This document shows, in pieces, positions 26,102 to 34,970 of a stretch of DNA of 36,998 nucleotides. The first letter of the stretch is position 1, and the number at the start of each line of letters is the position of its first letter. The DNA is taken from the NCBI GenBank assembly GCA_018397055.1, contig JAGTQS010000004.1, forward strand, positions 1 through 36,998, read 5' to 3'. The notes beneath the pieces were generated by a model. That model was not told the origin of the DNA, ran no database searches, and saw only the letters and a program-made list of their open reading frames with translations. Position numbers and translations under genes: made by a program. The DNA is from Candidatus Bathyarchaeota archaeon (GTDB lineage Archaea; Thermoproteota; Bathyarchaeia; Bathyarchaeales; DTEX01).

Positions 26102-26697
26102 TTAACTGATTGTTTTGCTAATTTTTTCAACAAATTCTTCGAGTTCCAATTTAACCACGCCAAGAGGGGTCTCGTTGCCGTTGAAGGCTACGACTAGCAC
26201 GTTTCCCTTGTTTCGCGCCACTATCCGTCCCTTTTCGCCTTCAATGATTAATTCCTTTATCGGGTCTATTTTCGCCATGCTGGCGGATTTTCAGCGATCT
26301 GAAGAAGCCTCGATATTATGGCGCCAATTTTCTCTGGGTCAATGTCGCTTGGAAGCTCTGCTGAAATCGTTAAACCGTCGTAGTCCACAATCGCTGAGCC
26401 CTCTAGTCCAAGTACCTGTTTGAACTCTTTCAATGCCGACCCTATTTTTGCAGTTCGGCAGGCAGGTAGATGTTTTTGTTTCTCCGAATCCAGCTTATTG
26501 TGTCTCCAGAGTTTTGAAGGTCCAACCTCAATGTAGTTAATTATTCCCGCTGACCTCAATGATGCAAGATACTTAAGCGCCGTTGTTTTGCTTATTCCGG
26601 CTTTTTCAGACACGTTAAGTGTTGTTAACCCTTCCTTGTTTTGGTCTATAACCTGTAGTATCTTTTTCTCGTAATACGAAAGCACATCTATCAGCAT
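26102..26697 (-). pseudogene. wHTH + Roadblock/LC7 (MglB-like) fusion, frameshifted (sequence error or pseudogene)
   Basis: HTH LTTLNVSEKAGISKTTALKYLASL..G, then Roadblock LEGSAIVDYDGLTISAEL. One added A in the 26288-26291 run continues the frame as KSASMAKIDPIKELIIEGEKGRIVARNKGNVLVVAFNGNETPLGVVKLELEEFVEKISKTIS*. Confidence 0.85.
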
Positions 26698-27123
26698 TAA
26701 CTACGTATTTTCCTTTTAATAAAATGCTATGAAAAATAAATTCATTTTTCAAAAATCGGCATCAGACTAAGCATTCAAACAACGAATGGATGGACAAAAG
26801 TGTATATTTTTGCGGTTTTATACTATTTTTGAACACTTCAGATAGCCACAATTTCACATACATACATCATATCCATCACTTCTATGGCAAGGTGAAACCC
26901 AAATGAAAACAAACACCCCTAAGAAGGTCATGTGCCTCATAGTCTTAAGCTGCAGACAAGTCTCTGAGAAAGGAAAAAAGAACTCGAGCAAACAATAACG
27001 TCCCTAAAACAACTTGAAAACTGGGAAATAAGCCGTTTAACACTGATGGAAGACCATCGAGAAACATTGAAAAAATTCGCCTAGAAAAGTTCCCAACTAG
27101 ATCGCGGTTTGAGGCGTGAAAAA

Positions 27124-27300
27124 ATGGACAACATCAGCATCCTCAACCTAAGCAAATTTGAATGGGACGACGCCATGAAGCTGCTTAACATGCTCCTCTT
27201 AGACGGCTGGGAAATAATGGCCATAAAACTTCTACCCGACGGGGTGTGGGCACTCGTCCAAGAGCGCATCATAGAATGGATAGATAACAAGACAGAATAA
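27124..27300 (+). CDS. Small hypothetical protein (58 aa)
   Basis: GAGGCGTGA RBS-like motif. Protein-like pattern LNMLLLDGWEIMAI. Confidence 0.45.
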   Translation: MDNISILNLSKFEWDDAMKLLNMLLLDGWEIMAIKLLPDGVWALVQERIIEWIDNKTE

Positions 27301-27409
27301 AACAAACACCAAATCCCACATCAACTTGGCAATACCAAAAATCCCAAGCTAGCCACAATAAAACTGCGCCACGTTACATACAGAAAACATCTCCTAACAT
27401 ATCATCACA

Positions 27410-27438
27410 GAATCCACAGTTCCACAGTGAATCCACAG
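27410..27438. repeat. Three TCCACAG direct repeats (GAATCCACAG twice, 19 nt apart)
   Basis: TCCACAG at 27413, 27421 and 27432. Confidence 0.55.
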
Positions 27439-27650
27439 CACCTATATTAAGAAAAAAAGTTTTAACACGCGCAGAACAAGCACGAAACAGGAAGGATGAT
27501 CAAAAAAGCTGACCCGACTATATATACCCCCTCCCCTCTCAGCAACACGCACATACAACATCAACATTCAGAGAAAACCAATGCAACACAGTCAGACAGA
27601 TACTAGGCATTTATCCAAAAATTCTAATTAGGTATTAAATAGTAACATTT

Positions 27651-27688
27651 AACATAAAATAATCCAAGAAACATAAAATAATCCAAGA
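27651..27688. repeat. Perfect 19-bp tandem duplication AACATAAAATAATCCAAGA x2
   Basis: 27651-27669 is identical to 27670-27688. Confidence 0.9.
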
Positions 27689-27714
27689 ATCGAACACAAG
27701 TCCAAAACAAAAAA

Positions 27715-28881
27715 ATGAAGGCAACTGAAATGATCACAAAAGAAAAAATTCGAAAGTGCGCCGAGGCAATTGTAAACGGAATGAACCTCAAGAACGGAGA
27801 AGCAGTCATCATAAGAGGCGGCGCTCACACGCAGGAACTGCTTGAGGAAATCGGCATACTCTGTTACCACAAGGGCGCGCACCCGTTAATTATGGCAACC
27901 ACAGACGAATACTCAGCTCGAGTCTACGACGAAATTCCAGAAAGAACCCTAAGAGAAACCCCAAAACACTACCTAGCAGCAATAAAAGAAGCCGACGCAT
28001 ACATAACAATTGAACCATTCAAAGACCCAACAATCCAAACGAAGTTTCCAAGAGAAAAAATCGCCGCAAGAACAGAGGCAAACATCCCAATAAGAAAAAT
28101 CCTGTACGGAGAAGACGACGGACCGGGTAAAAAATGGACCTATGCAGGGTGGCCTACACTTGAAGCTGCAAGGTTCTACGGCGTAGAGTACGAAGACCTT
28201 GAAAGACTAATCATAGACGGAATAGCCGTCCCTGCTTCCAACCTTAGACAGAACACCTCAAGGCTTGCTGAGCTCTTAAGAGGCGCAGACATGCTGCACA
28301 TAACAGACGACAAGGACACCGACTTCATATGCAGAATAAAAGGAAGACGAATAAACGAAGACGACGGCCTAGTTGACGAATACGATATAAGAAACGGCGA
28401 CCTCGGAAACAACCTTCCCGCAGGAGAACTCTTCATCGCGCCTCACGAAACATACGGCGATGGAAGCCTTTTCTGCCCAGTTACAATAGACCGCTTCACA
28501 AACAAGATCATAAGAAACGCAATGCTACACTTTAAAAATGGAAAATTGATCCTTGACGAATGCACAGCTGAAGTTAACGAAGACCAAATGATTGACTCCT
28601 TCAACCGTTGCCTAGAAATCGACAGCAAAGAAAAGGAAGTTCGAACAACAAACATAGCGGAACTCGGCGTAGGATGCAACCCAGCAATCGACAAAGCCAT
28701 TGGCTACATACTTACAGACGAAAAACTCATCGGCTCAGTTCACCTGGCATTCGGCTCGAACCTCAGTTACGGAGGAACCTCAAAGTCAAGCATGCACTGG
28801 GATTTCGTCACAAGCCCAACTGCAACAATTGAAAGATTAGACACAAAACAGAAAATCATGCTCCACGGCGCTATAATGTAA
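27715..28881 (+). CDS. Aminopeptidase, thermophilic metalloprotease M29 family
   Basis: KKW..AGWPT, NLPAGELF.AP, IAELGVG.N, ILTDEK..GSVHLAFG, YGG..KSSMHWD. Confidence 0.92.
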   Translation: MKATEMITKEKIRKCAEAIVNGMNLKNGEAVIIRGGAHTQELLEEIGILCYHKGAHPLIMATTDEYSARVYDEIPERTLRETPKHYLAAIKEADAYITIEPFKDPTIQTKFPREKIAARTEANIPIRKILYGEDDGPGKKWTYAGWPTLEAARFYGVEYEDLERLIIDGIAVPASNLRQNTSRLAELLRGADMLHITDDKDTDFICRIKGRRINEDDGLVDEYDIRNGDLGNNLPAGELFIAPHETYGDGSLFCPVTIDRFTNKIIRNAMLHFKNGKLILDECTAEVNEDQMIDSFNRCLEIDSKEKEVRTTNIAELGVGCNPAIDKAIGYILTDEKLIGSVHLAFGSNLSYGGTSKSSMHWDFVTSPTATIERLDTKQKIMLHGAIM

Positions 28882-29035
28882 CACCAAACCCGACGCAGCT
28901 TAAGCCCCCCTCCAATCAATCGGCGTCTAGACAGCCTGCTTCTTTCTTCAAAAAATATTCCAAATCACCAGAAAATATTATATTCCATATACATGTAAGT
29001 TGAGAACATCTTAACAATTAATTAGGTGAACCTTT

Positions 29036-30985
29036 TTGACGAAACAAGTTGGCATCGACGACATAGCCACATACGTTCCAAAAATATACCTAGACGCAGA
29101 AGACATGGCTAAAGCCCGAGGCGTACCACCAGAAAAAATAACCAAAGGGCTTGGAATAGAAAAACTATCCATCCCAGACGCACATGAAGACGCCGCGACC
29201 ATGGCCGCCATGGAAAAAAATAATCTGCAACCAGAAGACATTGACTTCATTCATGTCGCAACTGAAACAGGCCCAGACGCCTCAAAACCCATTTCCTGTT
29301 ACGTCCAAGGAATGCTTGAACAAAGATATGGCAAAGGTAGCTTCGACCACATCGGCGCACCTGAAACGAAGTTCGCATGTGTAGGCGCAACATACTCAAT
29401 GATCGACCGTTTAGCGTACATTTCCTCAGGTTGGAACAGGGCGCCTTACTCAATCGTCGTCGCTACAGACATCGCAAAATACGAACTTAACTCGTCAGGA
29501 GAACCAACTCAAGGAGCCGCAGCAATCGCCTTACTATTAAAGGAAAACCCGCGTCTTCTAGTCTATGAGCCGCAATTCACGGGGTTCGGAACAGTTGATG
29601 ACCGAGACTTTTTTAGGCCTGTTGAACGAACAACAGCTGTGGTTAACGGGCAATACTCTGTCGGCTGCTATCTCAGAGACATGAGAATCGCAACAGATGC
29701 CTACAAGAAAAACATGGTGAAGGCTGGAACGCTTAAATCGGTTAACGAAAGCTTAATGGACAAAATTGACCTAGCGTCTTTTCACTCGCCCTTCCCAAAA
29801 ATGGTCCAATACGCTTTCGCATCATTCTTAATTCACGACTGGAGAAACCCCGTGAATTGCACTGAAACAGGCCCAGACGCCTCAAAACCCATTTCCTGTT
29901 ACGTCCAAGGAATGCTTGAACAAAGATATGGCAAAGGTAGCTTCGACCACATCGGCGCACCTGAAACGAAGTTCGCATGTGTAGGCGCAACATACTCAAT
30001 GATCGACCGTTTAGCGTACATTTCCTCAGGTTGGAACAGGGCGCCTTACTCAATCGTCGTCGCTACAGACATCGCAAAATACGAACTTAACTCGTCAGGA
30101 GAACCAACTCAAGGAGCCGCAGCAATCGCCTTACTATTAAAGGAAAACCCGCGTCTTCTAGTCTATGAGCCGCAATTCACGGGGTTCGGAACAGTTGATG
30201 ACCGAGACTTTTTTAGGCCTGTTGAACGAACAACAGCTGTGGTTAACGGGCAATACTCTGTCGGCTGCTATCTCAGAGACATGAGAATCGCAACAGATGC
30301 CTACAAGAAAAACATGGTGAAGGCTGGAACGCTTAAATCGGTTAACGAAAGCTTAATGGACAAAATTGACCTAGCGTCTTTTCACTCGCCCTTCCCAAAA
30401 ATGGTCCAATACGCTTTCGCATCATTCTTAATTCACGACTGGAGAAACCTTCCAAAATGGAGGCAGATTGCTCAAAAAATCGGTCCAGAGCCAACCAGAG
30501 AAAAAATGACTGATGTCGAATTCTACATTTCTGACGGCTACAAGGACTATCGAAAAAACTTCACAAACACAGAGGAATTCATAAAAGAATACGAAGCAAA
30601 AGTCGCCGATTCATTGAAAGCAATAAGCCTGATCGGCAACTCCTACACAGCCTCTGTTTGGCTAGGCGTAGCAAGCCATTTCGAAAACAGAAAAGACGAT
30701 TTAACAGGAAAACGAATAGGCATAGGATCATATGGCAGCGGAAGCAGCGCGATCGTATGCAGCTTTATCGTTCAACCAGAATACAAGGAAGTAGTCAAAA
30801 ACATCAAGCTCACCTACAAACTCAACAAGAGACAGAAAATATCAATAGACGTTTACGAAGACCTTCATGAAGGAAGACGCAAGCTAAACGAAAGCATAAA
30901 CCCGCCCAAGAACGAATTTGTGCTTGATTCAATTGGCACAAGCGAGACAGACCTTGGGTACAGATACTATAAATACGTGGAATAG
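29036..30985 (+). CDS. mvaS: Hydroxymethylglutaryl-CoA synthase (bacterial/haloarchaeal type) with a 200-aa internal duplication
   Basis: VGID, ATE, KFAC (catalytic Cys), TDIAKY, GEPTQGAAA, DFFRP, FHSPF, GNSYTAS, SYGSG. Collapsed length is 449 aa. Confidence 0.9.
   Translation: MTKQVGIDDIATYVPKIYLDAEDMAKARGVPPEKITKGLGIEKLSIPDAHEDAATMAAMEKNNLQPEDIDFIHVATETGPDASKPISCYVQGMLEQRYGKGSFDHIGAPETKFACVGATYSMIDRLAYISSGWNRAPYSIVVATDIAKYELNSSGEPTQGAAAIALLLKENPRLLVYEPQFTGFGTVDDRDFFRPVERTTAVVNGQYSVGCYLRDMRIATDAYKKNMVKAGTLKSVNESLMDKIDLASFHSPFPKMVQYAFASFLIHDWRNPVNCTETGPDASKPISCYVQGMLEQRYGKGSFDHIGAPETKFACVGATYSMIDRLAYISSGWNRAPYSIVVATDIAKYELNSSGEPTQGAAAIALLLKENPRLLVYEPQFTGFGTVDDRDFFRPVERTTAVVNGQYSVGCYLRDMRIATDAYKKNMVKAGTLKSVNESLMDKIDLASFHSPFPKMVQYAFASFLIHDWRNLPKWRQIAQKIGPEPTREKMTDVEFYISDGYKDYRKNFTNTEEFIKEYEAKVADSLKAISLIGNSYTASVWLGVASHFENRKDDLTGKRIGIGSYGSGSSAIVCSFIVQPEYKEVVKNIKLTYKLNKRQKISIDVYEDLHEGRRKLNESINPPKNEFVLDSIGTSETDLGYRYYKYVE
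29261..30449 (+). repeat. Exact 589-bp direct repeat, period 600 bp (29261-29849 = 29861-30449)
   Basis: Line-by-line identity. The 11-nt spacer CCGTGAATTGC lies at 29850-29860. Confidence 0.97.
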
Positions 30986-31072
30986 ACGAAACTAAATTTT
31001 TTTATCCAAAAATAAAACCCCACACAACTACTCATTCCCGTAATAGAGCAAAAATGAAATACTAGGTCAACG

Positions 31073-31112
31073 TATGCATCTCCAACCCACCATGTTGGAG
31101 TTGGGATGCATA
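31073..31112 (+). promoter_or_regulatory. 5' UTR hairpin covering the SD and start codon
   Basis: TATGCATC/GATGCATA and CTCCAAC/GTTGGAG inverted repeats. Confidence 0.5.
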
Positions 31113-32302
31113 TGAAAATAACCGACCTAAAATGTGCAATTATCGGGCAAAACCCCGTTGTCCGCATAACAACCGATGAAGGCATATACGGAATTGGAGA
31201 AATCGAATCTCCAAAGGCCTACATAAAACCTCACGTGATGTATTATAAACAATTCATCGTTGGACAAGACCCCACAAACGTAGAAAGGGTGATGCTTAGA
31301 ATCAGGAACTTGGGAAGCTTCAAACCCTGGGGAAGCGCCGTAAGCGCAATCGAAATGGCACTTTGGGACATAGCTGGAAAAGCCGCTGGACTTCCAGTCT
31401 ACAAGCTGCTTGGAGGAAAAATCCGAGACAAAGTCCGCGTGTACAATGGCGGAGTAAGGTTTCCCATGAAAGGAAGTTCTCCAGAAGACTATGAAGAAGT
31501 CATGCAAAAAATGAAAAACGCAAAAGAAGGCTTCACAATCATAAAGCAACCTATAAGCTTCCACGGCGGAGCACACAGAGTTGTCCCAAACTTCTTCTAC
31601 GGCGAAGTAGAAGACGGGTCACCATACATAAGCCGCGGACTCTTAACAGAAAAAGGACTGAAATACCTCGTTGAATGTGTGAAAGCAATGAAAGAAGTCC
31701 TAGGAGACGAGGTTGGCCTCGCTTTGGACTGTGGACCAGGATGGGTCGTGCCATCAGCAATAAAGTTCGCCAAAGCCATGGAGCCATTCAACGTAATGTG
31801 GCTTGAAGACATGATAACTGGCGACTACACGCCTTACGTGTTAGCCGACGTCTACCGCGAGGTCACACGTTCCACAAGCACAAATATTCACACAGGCGAA
31901 CAAATATACCTTAGACAAAACTTCAAAGACCTCATAGAGAAACACGCTGTTAACATAATTGGCCCAGACCCATGCGACATTGGAGGAATAGCAGAACTCA
32001 AGTGGACAGCTGAGTACGCTGACATGCATGGAATCCTCGTAGCTCCACACGGAGTCTTCAACGGCCTATTTGGGCTTGCTGCCCAGGTTCACATGTGCGC
32101 AACACTACCTAAGAACTACATTGCTTTTGAGTACCCTGTTGGAAGGCCAGAATGGTGGTACGACATAGTTGAGGGGCTGCCAAACCCAATAGTTAAAGAC
32201 GGGTTCATAGAAGTCTGGGATTCACCAGGCATGGGCGTCGACTTCAACGAAAAAGCTGCAAGAAAATACCTCCGCGAAGAAGATAAAGACTTCTTTGACT
32301 GA
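31106..32302 (+). CDS. Mandelate racemase/muconate lactonizing enzyme (enolase superfamily), probable acid-sugar dehydratase
   Basis: ITTDEGIYGIGE, SAIEMALWDIAGK..GLPVYKLLGG..RDKVRVY, metal ligands LD/WLED/GE, APH. Alternative start at 31112. Confidence 0.9.
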   Translation: MHMKITDLKCAIIGQNPVVRITTDEGIYGIGEIESPKAYIKPHVMYYKQFIVGQDPTNVERVMLRIRNLGSFKPWGSAVSAIEMALWDIAGKAAGLPVYKLLGGKIRDKVRVYNGGVRFPMKGSSPEDYEEVMQKMKNAKEGFTIIKQPISFHGGAHRVVPNFFYGEVEDGSPYISRGLLTEKGLKYLVECVKAMKEVLGDEVGLALDCGPGWVVPSAIKFAKAMEPFNVMWLEDMITGDYTPYVLADVYREVTRSTSTNIHTGEQIYLRQNFKDLIEKHAVNIIGPDPCDIGGIAELKWTAEYADMHGILVAPHGVFNGLFGLAAQVHMCATLPKNYIAFEYPVGRPEWWYDIVEGLPNPIVKDGFIEVWDSPGMGVDFNEKAARKYLREEDKDFFD

Positions 32303-32376
32303 AAACCAAAAAGAAACAAGAATCAGGCTTAAGCAGACGAAAAAGAAGATTCGACAAAGACTCTGAATGACCAACC

Positions 32377-33669
32377 ATGTCCAACCAGATTACTCCTAAC
32401 CTAACTGCGGAAACAAAAAGATACACGGTCTCAATCGTCAGGGGAGAAAACGTCGTAGACCGCGTAAACAAAGCCATTGAACTCGTCGGCGGAATGAAGA
32501 GATTCGTCAAAAAAGGCGACAAGGTCCTCATCAAAGCTAACCTCGTAGATGGCAAACCCTACGAAACTGGTGAAACCGCTCATCCAGAAACGCTTCGAAC
32601 AATAATAAAGCAGGCAAAGACGGCAGAAGCCTCACAAGTAAAAGTCGGAGACGCCGTTACGTCTTGGGACTTGACTCTTTATAACGCGGTTGCAAAAATC
32701 GCAGAGGAAGAGGGAGCTGAATGGGTCGACCTTGGACGAAGCCCAAGAGCTGAAGTTAAGGTCGAGAATCCTGTTTTCTTCGAAAAAGTAAGCGTTGCCA
32801 AGGAATTGGTTGAATGTGACGTACTAATCAATGTTGGCACATTAAAGACCCATCACCTAGCCGGCGTAACTGTTGCCATGAAAAACTTGTACGGCGTCCT
32901 TGAGCTACAAGACCGCATAAAATATCATCGTCTTGACAAACTTGAAGAAGTCATCGTAGATTTAAACCTCGTTAAACCAAGCAGCCTAATTGTTGTTGAC
33001 GGAGGCTACACAACTCATCACTGGCCCGCGTTCGAAGTGCAGAAAATGGACCTCGCCATGGCAGGAAACAACGTCGTCTTGGTAGACGCAGTCGCAGCAA
33101 AGGTTATGGGAGCAGACCCAAAAGCGATACGCTACCTAAGATGGGCAGAGGAACACGGCTTAGGGTCAGCCAACATAGAAAAACATCAAATTTTGGGCCT
33201 AACAATTGAGGAGGCTTACCGATCAAAGACGGTGAACATGGTTGACTTCATCAACAAAGAAAGCGAGAACATAAGAATCATCAATCAAGGCGCATGCACC
33301 GGATGTTACGGTCGCCTTTCAACCGTGACGATGCAAAGATTTGATATACACTCTGCAAAAACGAAACTATATGTGCTGATGGGCCCAAACGCAAAACCGC
33401 CAAATCCAATGGAGAAAGATTCAACATTCATACTTTGCGGCAACTGCCTTGCTCCAACATTTTACAATAGGCTACAAGGAACACATGTTCCAGGCTGCCC
33501 TCCGGATCTCGAAGTCTTTGCGCAGGAACTAAGCAAATATTTGGCGCCTAGACGCCGTTTGACACGTCAAGAATGGGAGAAAATACACAAGGACATGGAA
33601 GCAAGGGGCATTAAGCTGCCAAAAGACTTCAAGCCGCCATTCTCTCAAGAACAGCAAAGAGACTTGTAA
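32377..33669 (+). CDS. DUF362 protein with a C-terminal Cys-rich (putative Fe-S) domain
   Basis: GDKVLIKANLV, HP, LKTH..AGVT.AMKNLYG, VDG, D.VAA..MG. C-terminal ACTGC, CGNC, PGCPP. Confidence 0.85.
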   Translation: MSNQITPNLTAETKRYTVSIVRGENVVDRVNKAIELVGGMKRFVKKGDKVLIKANLVDGKPYETGETAHPETLRTIIKQAKTAEASQVKVGDAVTSWDLTLYNAVAKIAEEEGAEWVDLGRSPRAEVKVENPVFFEKVSVAKELVECDVLINVGTLKTHHLAGVTVAMKNLYGVLELQDRIKYHRLDKLEEVIVDLNLVKPSSLIVVDGGYTTHHWPAFEVQKMDLAMAGNNVVLVDAVAAKVMGADPKAIRYLRWAEEHGLGSANIEKHQILGLTIEEAYRSKTVNMVDFINKESENIRIINQGACTGCYGRLSTVTMQRFDIHSAKTKLYVLMGPNAKPPNPMEKDSTFILCGNCLAPTFYNRLQGTHVPGCPPDLEVFAQELSKYLAPRRRLTRQEWEKIHKDMEARGIKLPKDFKPPFSQEQQRDL

Positions 33670-33726
33670 TACGAAAACTAAGAATCACAAAACATTTTCA
33701 CTTTTCATGTTGAACCGTCAAGAAAT

Positions 33727-34638
33727 CTACTTTAACATGAATTCAAGCGCTTTTCGAGCTTTATGAGCTGTCTCAGCAGGAACTCTTACAACGTAACGTT
33801 CGTTCTTCAACGAAAGATAAAGCTTCTCAAGAGTGTGCAGCTTCATGTTTATGCATATTGCTTCGTTGTTTGCTGGAATAAAAACAGCGTCTTTCCGTGC
33901 TTCCTGCAGTTTGTGAAGCAGTCCAACTTCCGTGGCTATAATGAACTTTTTTGCTGGAGACTCTTTTGCTCTCTTGCACATTTTCGAGGTGCTTCCAACA
34001 CAATCAGCGACCTTGCAAACCTCTGGATCACATTCTGGATGAACCAGAACCTCAGCGTCAGGGTGAATTCTCTTCAGTTTCAAAATAGACTCTTTACTAA
34101 AGAGCTTGTGAACAGGACAGAAGCCGAAGGTTGGAATACTAACTAAGTGCTTCTTTGTAAAATTAGATGTATAGTGCGCAAGGTTTGTATCTGGACCGAA
34201 GAGAACGTGGTCTGAATCAACCTTGTTGACAATTTCTGCAGAGTTTGAGGAGGTGCAAACAGCATCGCACTCAGCCTTTGCTTCTGCCAAAGTATTAATG
34301 TACAAAACAATTTTGGCATCCGGATGTTCTTTACGATATACTTTAACGAGTTCAGCTGGCAACATCGCAGCCATGGGGCAAAGAGCATTCACGTCTGGTA
34401 TCAAAACCTTCTTTTCTGGATTAAGGATTGCAGCTGTCTCCGCCATGAACGTTACGCCACAGAAAACTATAATCTTCGCATCAGTTTTAGATGCGCGAAT
34501 TGAAAGCTCTAAGCTGTCACCCACGAAGTCAGCTAGGTCTTGAATTTCTGGACGCTGATAATAATGGGCAAGAATGACGGCTTGTTTACTCTTTTTTAAT
34601 GATTCAATCTTTTTCTTAAGGCTAAAACCATCGGTCAT
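33727..34638 (-). CDS. nadA: Quinolinate synthase A
   Basis: ILAHYYQ, GDSL, FCGVTFMAE, CPMA, YINT, CTSSN, PD.NL, CPVH, HPEC, GSTS, TE.G, C.NMK. Confidence 0.96.
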   Translation of the reverse strand: MTDGFSLKKKIESLKKSKQAVILAHYYQRPEIQDLADFVGDSLELSIRASKTDAKIIVFCGVTFMAETAAILNPEKKVLIPDVNALCPMAAMLPAELVKVYRKEHPDAKIVLYINTLAEAKAECDAVCTSSNSAEIVNKVDSDHVLFGPDTNLAHYTSNFTKKHLVSIPTFGFCPVHKLFSKESILKLKRIHPDAEVLVHPECDPEVCKVADCVGSTSKMCKRAKESPAKKFIIATEVGLLHKLQEARKDAVFIPANNEAICINMKLHTLEKLYLSLKNERYVVRVPAETAHKARKALEFMLK

Positions 34639-34970
34639 GAAGCACACCACGCTAACTCACGTACCTTCAAGCGAACCATGAGACGCGCTTATTTATGTTA
34701 AGTATCAAGCCAAAATCAAACATGTTCGACAAATATTAAGATAATGCTAACTGCTTTTAACATGTGATAATAATAAAAAAATCATTTCTGTCAATGTTAT
34801 AGTGTAAAACTCGATTAAATGCTTTAATAGAAAATATAAGATAATATGAATAAGACAGAATTACATATTAAACAAATAATACTTATCCTTTTAAAAAATC
34901 GTGTATGATATTTTCTGTTCAATTCTTAAACGATAAAATTTTATGAAGTATGGTTCGTATACTGTATTTT

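Noticed and set aside
26115-26423. 102-aa plus-strand ORF
   Set aside because: Antisense shadow of the frameshifted Roadblock domain.
27400-27440. TCCACA repeats as DnaA boxes or ORBs, and a minus-strand GTGATGA as a C box
   Set aside because: Archaeal context, no full TTATCCACA or ORB consensus, no initiator gene nearby and no downstream CTGA. Kept only as unexplained repeats.
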